Source of the DNA: Anthoceros angustus
Lineage: Eukaryota > Plantae > Anthocerotophyta
Assembly: GCA_010909165.1 (NCBI GenBank)
Contig: MU008169.1
Coordinates: forward strand, 1,302,001 to 1,366,000
Length of the DNA stretch: 64,000 nt
Direction: 5' to 3'
In this document: one piece after another, positions 11,903 through 35,552 of the stretch
Layout: the number at the start of each line of letters is the position of its first letter
How positions within the stretch are numbered: position 1 is the stretch's first letter
Notes under the pieces: generated by a model
Told to the model about the DNA's origin: nothing
The model's input: only the letters and a program-made list of their open reading frames with translations
Databases searched by the model: none
Program-made: the position numbers and the translations under genes

Positions 11903-12454
11903 ATGGCTCCATCTTGGAATTCCAGTCTCACAAAACCTACGCTCTCGCTCTCGCTTGCAGCTCTCCTGTGTGCCTGCCTCTTGTCTTCCCTCACAGTGGC
12001 GGAAGGCAAGCGCAGGGGGCTGGATCTCAATTTCTTTATTGGCCAGGAGAACGTGATCGCCGCCTCGATCATCGTCCCGCCCTTGTCTGGATTCGCCAAC
12101 ACCAGCCTCTTCGGAGCAGTAGGCGTGATCGATGAGGCCATCACTGCCGTTCCCAACGACAACTCCACTGAGATCGGGCGAGCCAAAGGGATGCTAGTGT
12201 GGGTGAACCCGGACGCCAGCTCTGGCCAGGGGATCCAGACCATCTTCACCGCCGTCTTCAACGAGGTCAGCGGCTATGGCGGCAGCACTCTCAGCTTCCA
12301 GGGCTACAATCAGCTGGGCCTGCCGCTGCGGGAGATATCCATTTCCGGGGGTACCGGCAGGCTGCGCCTTGCGCGGGGGTGGGCTACCATCACCGATTTC
12401 CTCCATAACAACGTCCGAGCTAGCATGAATTTCACGGTGCACGTGCGATTCTGA
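11903..12454 (+). CDS. DIR: Dirigent-family secreted protein, intronless
   Basis: Signal peptide; motifs FGAVGVIDEAIT, IGRAKG, YGGSTLSFQG and REISISGGTGRLRLARGWA. Confidence 0.88.
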   Translation: MAPSWNSSLTKPTLSLSLAALLCACLLSSLTVAEGKRRGLDLNFFIGQENVIAASIIVPPLSGFANTSLFGAVGVIDEAITAVPNDNSTEIGRAKGMLVWVNPDASSGQGIQTIFTAVFNEVSGYGGSTLSFQGYNQLGLPLREISISGGTGRLRLARGWATITDFLHNNVRASMNFTVHVRF

Positions 12455-13162
12455 AGGCGTCATCTGCGATCTGCATAACATTGCGTTGTGATCGCATGTG
12501 TCGGGATTACGTCTCCGCTAGCGCCGTAGACGTAGTGTGGATCCACGGGATTTCGAAGCGCGAGGAAAATGACGTGCAATGAGGGCACGGGATTTGCACG
12601 CTCCACCACATTTGTACATAGAACATGTTTAGTTCTGCGCGAATTTACGTACCTACTCAAATTCGTCCGCTCGCTATTCTTGTAAGCTTACAAGGAATGA
12701 GCCAAATTCACATTTCACTTGGAGCACATGTACATGTTCCGACATTGCTCCATGATAAGCCTCGGAGGCTCATATAAGTGCTTCTCGCTGTCTCGTTGTG
12801 CATGCACAAATTTCTTTTTTTTCTTATCATTAATTCTCTGTTATGTCGACGGGGAGGCGGAGGCAAAATAATTTTACCCTTATGAGGATCATTCCTCCTA
12901 CTCGCTTGGACAAACTTGTCTCCATGCAACACTATTTTTGGCCTCACCTGGCTTGCTCGCAAAATCACGAAAATTATAGGTACGAAGTGGTGGTCAGCTT
13001 GCATCCGCATATTTATTGAGTAATAGCATACAGGACCAAGTGAAGAAGCTAACAAATGGGCGGGAGAACCTCACACAATGGTGTCACAAGAACTCAGCTT
13101 GTGCAGCGAAAAATGGTAAACTTGTTCACATTGAAAATGAGCTGCTAATAGTAAACTACCTA

Positions 13163-14497
13163 GTAACACCCCCAATCCAGCGAGGTGGGGTAGGCACGCA
13201 GTTAGAAACAACAACACCACAAGACACCAGCACTAGGCCTCCAACTAGCCCGCCATCCTTCCACGGGATGACTCGCAGTCAGCACATCCGCTATTGCTCT
13301 TTACTTTAGCAAGAGTCAACAAGAATGCATGAGAGATCAGAGAGAGCTCCCCATCTTTGCCTAATCTTGCAATTGGTACATAACTATCTCTCCTCGATCT
13401 CCTCCTCACAACTCTCCTCTAGACACATTCACACTCTAGGCTCCCACAGCCTCTAGGCTCCCACAGCCTCTAGGCTCCCACAGCCTCTAGGCTCCCAAGA
13501 CCTATCCTCAATAAGTGTGTGGCCCAAGTGCTAGGATTCTTGGCTATACATACACAGTCACACTCTAGGCTCCCATGACCTCTAGGCTCCCACAACCTAT
13601 CCTCACAAGAGTGTGGCCCCAATACTAGGATCAATACTAGGATGTCCCCTTTAGAGCTTGCCTCATCTCTATTTATAGGGGGCTTACATCATTCCTAAAA
13701 CTGAAGTAGTACTCAATCTCATCTTAAAGTATTCAAATGTTGTTTGACATTTAACGTCCTAAATCCAAGCTTTTGTCATTATCAAGAGGTCACTTCTATA
13801 CACAGAGGCCAAACCCATAAAGAGGAGAGCTGTGAGGTGAAATTTTGAGCTCCCACTTATCCTACACCTCTTAAGTCATTTCATAAAGTCGGACTAGAGT
13901 CAAGCTCAACATGGTCTTCTTTCCTTGCTAATTCTTTCAAGCTCGTTCCCTTGGTTGTGGTTTCGCTAGATAATAGATAGAAACAGTGGTAATTAGATCA
14001 GCTGCAATGAGGAAAAGACAAGGTAGTAAGACCTCGTGTTCCAGTGCTTCTATTCTCCTCAAGATATTTTGAAGCTCTTCCTCTAGCATGGTGGTAGTTT
14101 TCGGCTTAGAGGTTTCCTCCTCCGCTGTTCTAAGAGTTAGTGGCTCCATATGTGGCTCATCCACTACAGTCTCTAGAGTAGGAGCCTTCTCTTTCTTCTT
14201 CCTAATCCTCTCCAGCTTGCCTTGCTCGTCAGGATTGGCCATCTCTAACTAGCGTCCTAGCTAAGAGATGCTTCAACCTTGAGCTAATACCACAAGTAAC
14301 ACCCCCAATCCAATGAGGTGGGGCAAGCACGCAGTTAGAAACAACAGCACCACAAGACACTAGCACTAGGCCTCCAATTAGCCAGCCATCCTTCCACGGG
14401 ATGACTCACTGTCAGCACCTTCGCTGCTGCTCTTTACTTTAGCAAGAGTTAACAAGAATACATGAGAGATCAGAGAGAGCTCCCTATCTTTGCCTAA
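13163..14497 (-). mobile_element. Internally deleted LTR retrotransposon remnant
   Basis: 202-bp direct repeats at 13163-13364 and 14296-14497 end in ...GGTGTTAC on the minus strand. A PBS-like TGGTATTAGCTC (14281-14292) is followed by a gag-like ORF MANPDEQGK... (14242-13937). A TATA box (CTATAAATAG, minus strand) lies near 13670. Confidence 0.7.
13434..13497. repeat. 17-bp minisatellite (CTCTAGGCTCCCACAGC), about 4 copies, inside the LTR
   Basis: Read directly from the sequence. Confidence 0.85.
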
Positions 14498-15083
14498 GCT
14501 AGGTACATAGCTCTCTCCCCTTGACTTATTTAACTTAATCCATGAGGTGGAGGTGAAAGTTATTTTACTTATTCCATGTGGTGGGCCACCAATCAGATTA
14601 CTATCAATTAGGCAAATAGCTAGAGAGAATAACTATCAGGAAGTACTTGTAATAGCGTCAAGTTAGAAATGGGTTTCTTCCATAAAAAAAGGTTATGGCC
14701 TAAAATCGGTATTTTTTACACGAAAACATGCCTCGGCTATTTTTTTTAGGTTTTTTGAGGTATTTTCTAGCTGAAATGTAGTGTTCACATCATGGTGCCA
14801 CAATCTACAGTCCACTTAGTCCTCGCGTGCCGCATCTAGATGTAGGTGAGCACTACGATTTTGAAAAGGTGAAGATCAAAATTGTTACACATTAGTTTTG
14901 CATGTCCGCTACTCATTCCATACAAGCATTTTTGTTAGAAAATAAACTAACTTAGCTTCTCATTTTAAATGTGAATGATCGAGACGAGTGCGCAAACAAG
15001 TTTGCACACCCAATGTGGCAGTGTTTGTGCAAAATGAGCAAGAAGACCTGACTGTAGGTACTTGGTGGATAGAAAACCTGAGT

Positions 15084-15212
15084 GCGCTCACTTGTGCGCG
15101 TACTTAGGGGCAAGAAGACATAGGAGCACACACATGTGAGCGCACCCAAGGGCAAGAAGACCTAGGTGCACAAACATGTGAGCGCAACTAGGGGCAAGAA
15201 GACCCAGGTGCG
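15084..15212. repeat. ~41-bp degenerate tandem repeat, about 3 copies
   Basis: GGGCAAGAAGAC...GGTGCACAAACATGTGAGCGCA units. Confidence 0.7.
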
Positions 15213-16126
15213 TCATGGCCTTAGGTGCATTCCCATATAGTTCATTTCCTAGCATAATTGAGCAAAAAAAAAAGCTATTTTTTGTGCTTTTTCTGTGTTT
15301 TTTTTTAAGGGTTATTTTTGGTGTTTTCAACTCTTTTCAGCACGGAAGTGCGCAGCCTCCCTAAACACAAAACTCTCCTCCTATTGGTAACTCAAGGCTA
15401 CATCGATATCCAATGAACGGGAAAATTATCCCCCGCTGGCCTATGCCGAGTGAGAGACATTATGTGGAGCTTTGAGCAAACACGGCCATGGCTGATACTC
15501 GGCGCCCTCCAACTCCAGCTCCTTTGATGGATCCATTTGCGGCTCCGCCTCTTGCTGTGGATGCTCCTTCATTTGCGATCATGCCTGCTCTTGCAACTAC
15601 ACTTGCTCTTTGGCCTGCTTGCGAGTGAAACAAATTTGGAACATGAATGGAAAGAGCATTCAAAGTTTCAACATGTATTCCAAGAGCATAGACTTTCTGA
15701 CTTTGTGGTTTCTCTTGAGCCTCTATTTTGTGATGAGAAAGAAACATGAATAACCATTATACTCCGTTGCTAGTCCCCATTGGCCAGGGCCCTTTAGTGG
15801 ATTTTTCCCTTCTATCTTGATGTAGATAAGACTTCCCATATGTGCTTTTTTGTAAAGTCTCCTCTTTCCTTTATACTTGCATACTAATATTATTGCTAAG
15901 GGCTAGCCATCTCATTAAATATTAAAGTATTCAATAAGAAGCCATTCAACATATGTACACCTAAAAGAAAATTGTGTTTTATTGAGGGAAAAGCATGGGA
16001 CAATGAAGGTGGACCTCAGGGGTCAAGGTAAAAAAGAGCGACTAAACTCCTTACCTAAAGTTATTAAACTCCTTACCTAAAGTTACCTACTGCTCCTAGA
16101 ACATCATATGCAGAAAGAACAAATGG

Positions 16127-16320
16127 CCTGCAAATGACCGAGGAAGAGGAAGAAACGTCACTTGCGGCACCTACCTGCAAATGATCGAGGAAGAGGAAGA
16201 AGAGTCACTTGCGGCACCTACCTGCAAATGACCGAGGAAGAGGAAGAAGCGTCACTTGCGGCACCTTCCTGCAAATGACCGAGGCAGAGGAAGAGGAAGA
16301 AGCGTCACTTGCCGCACCTA
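16127..16320. repeat. 47-bp tandem repeat, 4 copies
   Basis: CCTGCAAATGACCGAGGAAGAGGAAGAAGCGTCACTTGCGGCACCTA starts at 16127, 16174, 16221 and 16268. Confidence 0.9.
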
Positions 16321-16353
16321 AAAGTAAGATGTACTAACCTATACTCTATTAAT

Positions 16354-16482
16354 CTATTCCTAGCCTCATAGGTAAAATATTTTATTCTGATTATATTTGT
16401 TAATCATATATTAAACACTATTTCTAGCCTCATAGGTAAAATTATTTTGTTCTGATTTCATTTGTTAATCATATAATAAACA
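16354..16482. repeat. ~64-bp AT-rich two-copy tandem repeat
   Basis: CTAGCCTCATAGGTAAAA...TTTGTTAATCATATA occurs twice. Confidence 0.8.
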
Positions 16483-16834
16483 AATCACTGGTTACCAAGG
16501 GCTGATGCAATTGCATGACCCGATCTGCGATGGGAGATCTGCGGGGAGTCCCAGACCCGCAAATACAAATACTACGGCATGCAACATGGTTCAATGTACA
16601 CTTGACCCTTTCAAACCGTTCATTATGAACACCTCTTCGTCCATGACAAGCAAGCGACGTGGAGCAAGCGCCTAGGGCCCTGAATGCTAGCTGGAAAATG
16701 TCTGCATAAAGCTAACCCTATGACTTCCTGACCTAAAAACTAAGAGAAGAAACGGACGTAGGCTTGAATAGCTAACCACTTCTATTGTACACGAGCACAT
16801 CAGCATAAACGAGTGATGGATGGGCCGCCTACTC

Positions 16835-24629
<7,795 letters not shown>

Positions 24630-25946
24630 CAATGGCGTCCGGACGCACACAGCACTCCAGCTTGCCAGGTGAAAACCCTATTGTGTGTGTAGTTGGTTGG
24701 TTGCGAATTTACAGCGACTGTGGGGCCATTGCCTGGCCGGGGGCCTGGCCCTGGCCCTGGGAGGAGGAGCAACTTCCCCGTCACTGGCAGGCAGATGATG
24801 CCATATATTATATTTAATCCACCCGACACAGGTCAGAGGCCCCTGCAGGGGACTCCGGAGAGGGTCTCACACACTTCTCCACAATTTTTATGTATCTCAA
24901 GTTCAGGATGTGGTCACGACTGTGGATGTAGGTTGCCTGTTTGTATGATGACCCAGCAGTCAAATCGTCACCAAGGGTGTCCGCCCTTTTCCATACGTAT
25001 GTGTTTACCTACAGCCATCCCAGTTTTTGATTCGGAACCGGCTACACTATCCAGCAATCCCTTGTCTGCAAGCAAAGCCTGGTGTGAAGACGATGAGACA
25101 GCTGCCTGTGTTGCATATGTTGAGCCCTTCCGCAATTTGACTGCCTGAGGCTCACACCCCCGGAGTTTCGTGGTTGATGGGTTCATACTTCACGATCATG
25201 TGTGTTGTGTACTTGGGCCAGTGAGGAAGTACACTGATAAGCATTAACCTTATCCACTGATTTCACTCACTCACTCGAGGCAAGCATGACCTTCCGGTGA
25301 TACAGGCAACATAGTTTATCACACCAGCTTTTCAGGGCAGGCAGTGTGTTTGGAGGTACTGACACGCGGATGTGGGCGGCCGGTCTCTCTTTCGGCGGGC
25401 TTGGTCCATGAGTTGGAGTCTTGGGGGACTTCAGCGCAAAGCGCTTCAACTTTTTAGACTTGTCCTGGATCGCTTGCCCTGACGTCGTATGACAGGCCAT
25501 GAAAAGCCTCCCTTAGTAAGTACATGCTGGACGAGCCTGCTACTGAGGAAGTTGCTATGTCAAGGAGTTCAACCTGATGCTGCAATAGCTGTTAAGTTGC
25601 TGGGCCCGCCGGAATGAAGGCCAAAACGTTTTCTTTGTTAACACAGCACGAAGTAGATACATATGTGGAGACGCGGCGATTGGGAGGTACATTTGTACGG
25701 AAATATGGAAGGATGCAAAAACAGAAAAATTAAAGACTTGTTCACCTTTCAATCCGAAGCTGCTCTAATCGGCTCTAGCGTAAAATCCTTGCGACCGAGA
25801 AAGCATTTTCAGGTATTAAACCAAGGGTATGAAAGGAGATAGTAGGAGTGGTGATAAAGGACAAGGTATGCAACTTGACGCATGGTGCTGCAACAGCTCA
25901 GGCAAAGTGTTGGTAAGTGAGATTCATACGGACATATGAATCTAGA

Positions 25947-27190
25947 GATCATAAAACCCAAAGGTTGAACATTACCCAATGGTGCTCTACTTCACGCTGG
26001 ATCATAAAACCCGAAGGCTGAACATTACGCAATGGTGTTATGCTCCATGCTGGATCTTGCATTGCATGCGTTGTCATCAACAGCGTTCCTATACTAGACC
26101 GGATACCGTCCAGCAACCAATGCATCTTCCTCTAAACCTTGTTCAACAATTGTAATTCCTTTCCCATTACACTTTTAGACCATAGCCTAGATAGTGACAA
26201 TTTCGGGTTTGAAATTGAAAAGAGCTTTTTGTATTTTTCTTCTTGAAGAGCGAGTTCTGACAAGACAAGATGCCAAGTGGTTTTCACATGTGTCAAACAA
26301 GATGCCAAGTGGTTTTCACATGCCTTGAAAAACAAGTAGGTATGTGTAAACAACTTGTATTTAATGGACTCACCAGAAAAACTTGGGTCACATGGAACTT
26401 AGTAGACTAAGGGCATGTGAATATGATAACCCAACAATGAACAGGGGCGGCAATTTCATGAGCAAGCAATCCGCATCTACATAAGCAAGAAATGAAAAGT
26501 AAACTCCAGGCATAGATGTCACTCAACACATCTTTTGACCACCATTGTAGAGTCTATTGTGGATAAGGAGTTATGATGAATTTGATCGGGTATAAATATT
26601 TCATGTAATTTAGAGAACCTGAAGGCCTTTATTAATACTCATCACCTATAGGCTTGCAAGCAGTGTATTGGTGCCGAATACTCCAGGCTTGCAAGGAAGG
26701 TCTCTAGAGCTGAGTAGCTAAGGCGAATACTCCAGGCTTGCAAAGGAAGGTCTCTAGAGGCTTGCAAGCAGGGTATTGGTGCCGAATACTCCAGGCCTGC
26801 AAGGAAGGTCTTTAGAGCTGAGTAGCTAAGGCGAATACTCCAGGCTTGCAAGGAAGGTCTCTAGAGCTGAGTAGCTAAGGTGGTGTGAGCAAAGCGCGCA
26901 AATGAGAAATGAAGACAAATCAAAGACCTCCAATGCTTAATACTCACCTTCATGCTTGCTACTCTTTACTACTCAACCCACTTCGGTGCCACTCTTTACT
27001 ACTAACAAATGTAACTACGAAGTCGCTTCTCTTTCCAACTCACAAAGCTACTCTTTCCTACTTACAAATCCAGGCACTAAGAACCACTTACTCTTCACTG
27101 CTCACAAAATACAACCACGAGTCCCTTCTGCCTTCACTACTCGCAAACATAATAACCACAAGTTCAATCTGCTGTTTCACTACTCATAAA
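25947..27190. mobile_element. Probable degenerate TE/LTR debris with internal tandem repeats
   Basis: ~53-bp duplication at 25947-26057 and a ~28-bp duplication near 26267-26322. A cluster of GAATACTCCAGGCTTGCAAGGAAGGTCTCTAGAGCTGAGTAGCTAAGG units spans 26670-26880. No recognisable coding sequence. Confidence 0.45.
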
Positions 27191-27450
27191 ATAAAATAAA
27201 AAAGTCTGACCGTCCATGCCCGTCTTACTACAATGCTTGCCTATGAGATCAAGCTTTCCTTCCAGCTCTCCAGCACCTCGCATACGCTCTGCCCTCTTAA
27301 ATTCAGGGGCAAGGCCTTTGTGGAAGTCACCAACCCCGAAATTCCTTCTAATTAAGGTCTGCCTTGCGTCGAAACTAGTGAACCTTCAGATGAAATTGGA
27401 GTAACGAGAGTCTTGCCTCAACTGCCAGGCCAGCCATGGTTTCCCATATC

Positions 27451-27710
27451 CTTAGCAGGGATTTGTGGCACAGACGTGAAAATATCAAGAATTTCACTCT
27501 GCTTCATGGTGCTCAAACGCCTCGAAATCAGATGGAAGGCCTTCGGAGAGAGCTGCTCTGTTTTGCGTCCTGTATTCACAAGCCTTAGCAGGGATTTGTG
27601 GCACAGAAGTGAAAATCTCAAGAGTTGCACCTTGTTTCATGGTACCCAAACGCCTCGGATGGAAGGCCTTCGGAGAGAGCTGCTCTGTTTTGCTTCCTGT
27701 ATTCAGAAGC
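27451..27710. repeat. ~133-bp two-copy tandem duplication
   Basis: CTTAGCAGGGATTTGTGGCACAGA...GGAAGGCCTTCGGAGAGAGCTGCTCTGTTTTGC occurs at 27451 and 27584. Confidence 0.85.
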
Positions 27711-28691
27711 CGTGGTCCATCAGAGAATGAGAGCCACACCGAAAGAATACTAAGCCACGGTGGAGAGAAGTTCTTACAGCTTCCATGGAGACTGAATGGG
27801 ATGACTCACGGCTGCACTACCCAGGCAGCAACCCTGTTGCTGCAGAATCCGGCTTGTCCACACCTGGAAACGTCGTTTGCTTCGTTCCTCCACCTCCCGT
27901 GGCCCATCTTGCCCATCAAGCGGCTTCTTCAGGACAGAACTTGTAGCAGCGAAACCCGCTACTGTAGGGAAGGAAGGAGGTCACGTGTGGGCCAAAACTT
28001 TCCACTTGGCAGAGACACAAATTCCATTCCGGCACCTACTGAAGCACAACAGTGCAGACTCACACCACAGCGTGACGCAAGAAAGCTCGCCGCTGTACAG
28101 TCCGCGTACACGCATGCATACAATACCGGAGAAAAGTGTGCGAAAACAGAGATTCCTTTCCTTGAGGGGAGCATGCGATAAGGAGGATGCAAGTGAAATG
28201 AATCCGATCACCGTGACATCGTCCACTCCGTTTCGGGCAAGATGCTGGCACGTGGTGCTTGGAAGAAGGTGACGGGGAATGCCGACAGCCTCCCTAAGCT
28301 CAGACAATGTACAACCTCGAGAACGGACAGTCTCGGAGCAGTCTAGGATGAAGCAAACATTCTCGCTGACTGGGCGGGGTGGGATGCAGCCTGCAGCAGA
28401 GCAGGTGGTGCTGGATAGGCACCGGGCAGCAGTTGCGGAATGGAACATTGTACGACACCCAGACCCAGAATGGGTCGGGCTGGCGTCCTCCCATGGGCTG
28501 CTGTTCCGCAGTCAAGAATCCGCCGCCCGGGCTCGGGCTCGGTCTCGGGCTCGGCCGTGAAAGATAAACCTCCAGGCCAGGCCTGGCCGCCTTGCTTCTC
28601 GGCTTAATCGGAGGAAGAGTCTGGAAGCTTGGATCGATTTAAGATTCCACTTCCCTTGCAATTGGCAATCGGCAATCGGCAAGCAGCAGCT

Positions 28692-30156
28692 ATGGCGGCA
28701 GCGGGGAGGAAGGCGGTGGCGGCGGCGGCGGCGGCGCTGGCTGGGGTGCGGGCCACGCACTCCGTGACAACTCCAGCCTCCAAGTCCGTGCTCAGCCGGG
28801 GGCAGGACCGGGTGGTGGATGCCTCCCTCACGCTGGTCCGGGAGCGTGCTCGCCTCAAGGTTGCCTTGCCCAATTCTCCTCCCACGGCCCGGACGCAATT
28901 CGATCCGTGCTCGGGGTGTCTGACTCAAATTCTATTGCAGGCGGAGCTGGTCCGGGAGTTGGGAGGTGCGGAAGCAACCTCGTGCCTTCTTGGGGTGCCG
29001 CTGGGGCACAATTCATCCTTCCTGCAGGGGCCTGCCTTCTCCCCTCCTCGGATCAGGGAGGCCATCTGGTGCGGAAGCACCAATTCCACCACTGAGGCAG
29101 GTGCGTGCTGGGATTCTGATGTTGCTGCTGCCGGATGGATGGCTGGGTGATGGTGAGGATGACTGAAGGAGCAGGTTCTGCTGAATGCAGGCAAGGAGCT
29201 GGAAGATCCCAGAGTGCTATCGGACGTTGGAGATGTCCCGATTCAGGAGATGAGGGACTGCGGGCTGGACGACGACCGGCTCATGACAACCATCAGCGAT
29301 TCCGTCAAGCTCGTGATGAATGAGGTGCTCTTCTGGCATCACAGGATGAGTCTGCACATGTGGGATGCCATCCTGGGTCGTGACTGAACATCATTCCATG
29401 CCATGTCTGTGCTGGCTTCCATGTAGGCTCCTCTGCGTCCTCTTGTTCTGGGCGGGGACCACTCCATCTCGTTTCCAGTGGTGAGAGCTGTGTCGGAGCA
29501 CCTGGGAGGCCCCGTGGACATCCTGCACTTCGATGCTCACCCGGACATCTACCACGCCTTCGAGGGGAACAAGTACTCTCACGCCTCGCCCTTTGCTCGA
29601 ATCATGGAGGGTGGGTATGCCAGAAGGCTGCTTCAGGTATGCTCCCTACTCTTCTTTTCTGCCTCATGTGGCTCGGAGCATCTGCTCTTCTCTGATGATG
29701 TAACCTCAGGTGGGAATACGCTCCATCAACAAGGAGGGCCGAGACCAGGCCAACAAGTTCGGTGTGGAGCAGTTCGAGATGAGGCATTTCCGCAGGGATC
29801 GAGACATGCTGGAGAACCTGGTACTGTCACTGCAACTGTAACCCTGTTTGCATGTACGACTCGGACGCTCACTCTGACAGCCCTGCATTCTACAGGAACT
29901 CGGTGAAGGTGTGAAGGGAGTCTACATATCAATCGACGTGGACAGTCTAGATCCTTCTATTGCACCTGGCGTCTCCCACATCGAACCAGGTGGCTTAACA
30001 TTTCGCGAGCTGATGAACATCCTGCACAACCTGAGAGGGAACATTGTCGGAGGGGATGTGGTAGAATTCAATCCGCAACGTGATACAGTTGACGGTATGA
30101 CGGCTATGGTTGCTGCCAAGCTTGTCAGAGAGCTTACAGCCAAAATGTCCAAGTGA
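28692..30156 (+). CDS. ARGAH: Plant arginase (ureohydrolase), mitochondrial
   Basis: GVPLGHNSSFLQGPAFSPPRIREAIWCGSTN, LVLGGDHSISFP, LHFDAHPDIY, YSHASPFARIME, VYISIDVDSLDP and DVVEFNPQRD; the Mn ligands are intact. Confidence 0.96.
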
Positions 30157-30596
30157 GTGCTCCTGTTAACAGACCACAATTCGATTCACGGTTAGACATG
30201 ACCTGATCTTTTCTTTGTACCACTTGCTCCTCACTGGGCACTTGGGCAAAATAGGGCCTCCCCAAAGTCGGACCAATTACCATCTCACAAGCAGGGACAT
30301 ACCCAGTCTTGTTTCAAATGTCTAGGACGTGAAATAGCCCATCAATTTCAGTCAATTCATTTTGCAACCCCATCGTCCACATCGGGCCTCCAGCCTCACC
30401 TCTGGAATCACACCAACGTTGTCCCACGGAAGTCCAGATCACAGTCCTAAACGAAAAGCTTGATCATATCTCGAAGGCCTTTCTGACAAGACTGACTGTG
30501 GAGAGTTTATCTCCACGCTGTTAACCATTCCGTTGCGGCTAACCACCGGATGATGGACAATATTCCATTGGAAGTACACGAATAATAAGTTTTCTT

Positions 30597-30604
30597 TTTC
30601 CCGC
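30597..30604 (+). promoter_or_regulatory. E2F-binding site TTTCCCGC upstream of MCM6
   Basis: Exact match to the TTTSSCGS consensus, 50 bp before the MCM6 ATG. Confidence 0.6.
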
Positions 30605-30653
30605 CAACCTGCAAGGCGGCTGGGCTTCTGTTTTGCTTCACGCACGCAGGGTG

Positions 30654-35388
<4,735 letters not shown>

Positions 35389-35552
35389 AGCTTTTAGAGG
35401 AGGAAACAATTTGACCTGTAAGTAGAGAAAAACCTCCGTTTCACATCCTTCATGGGCTGGCAGATGAATCTTGAAATACAATGCAATGCCGCTTCGTTTG
35501 ATACGGTTCAATGACAATACATTCAGTTTTTCATTGTCACTCTTGGGAGCAG

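Noticed and set aside
15460-15750. Possible gag-pol linker fragment (FTRKQAKEQ...)
   Set aside because: Several stops and too little similarity to call.
16127-16320. CRISPR-like appearance of the 47-bp (and 28-bp, ~40-bp) arrays
   Set aside because: Units are head-to-tail without unique spacers, the context is eukaryotic and there are no cas genes.
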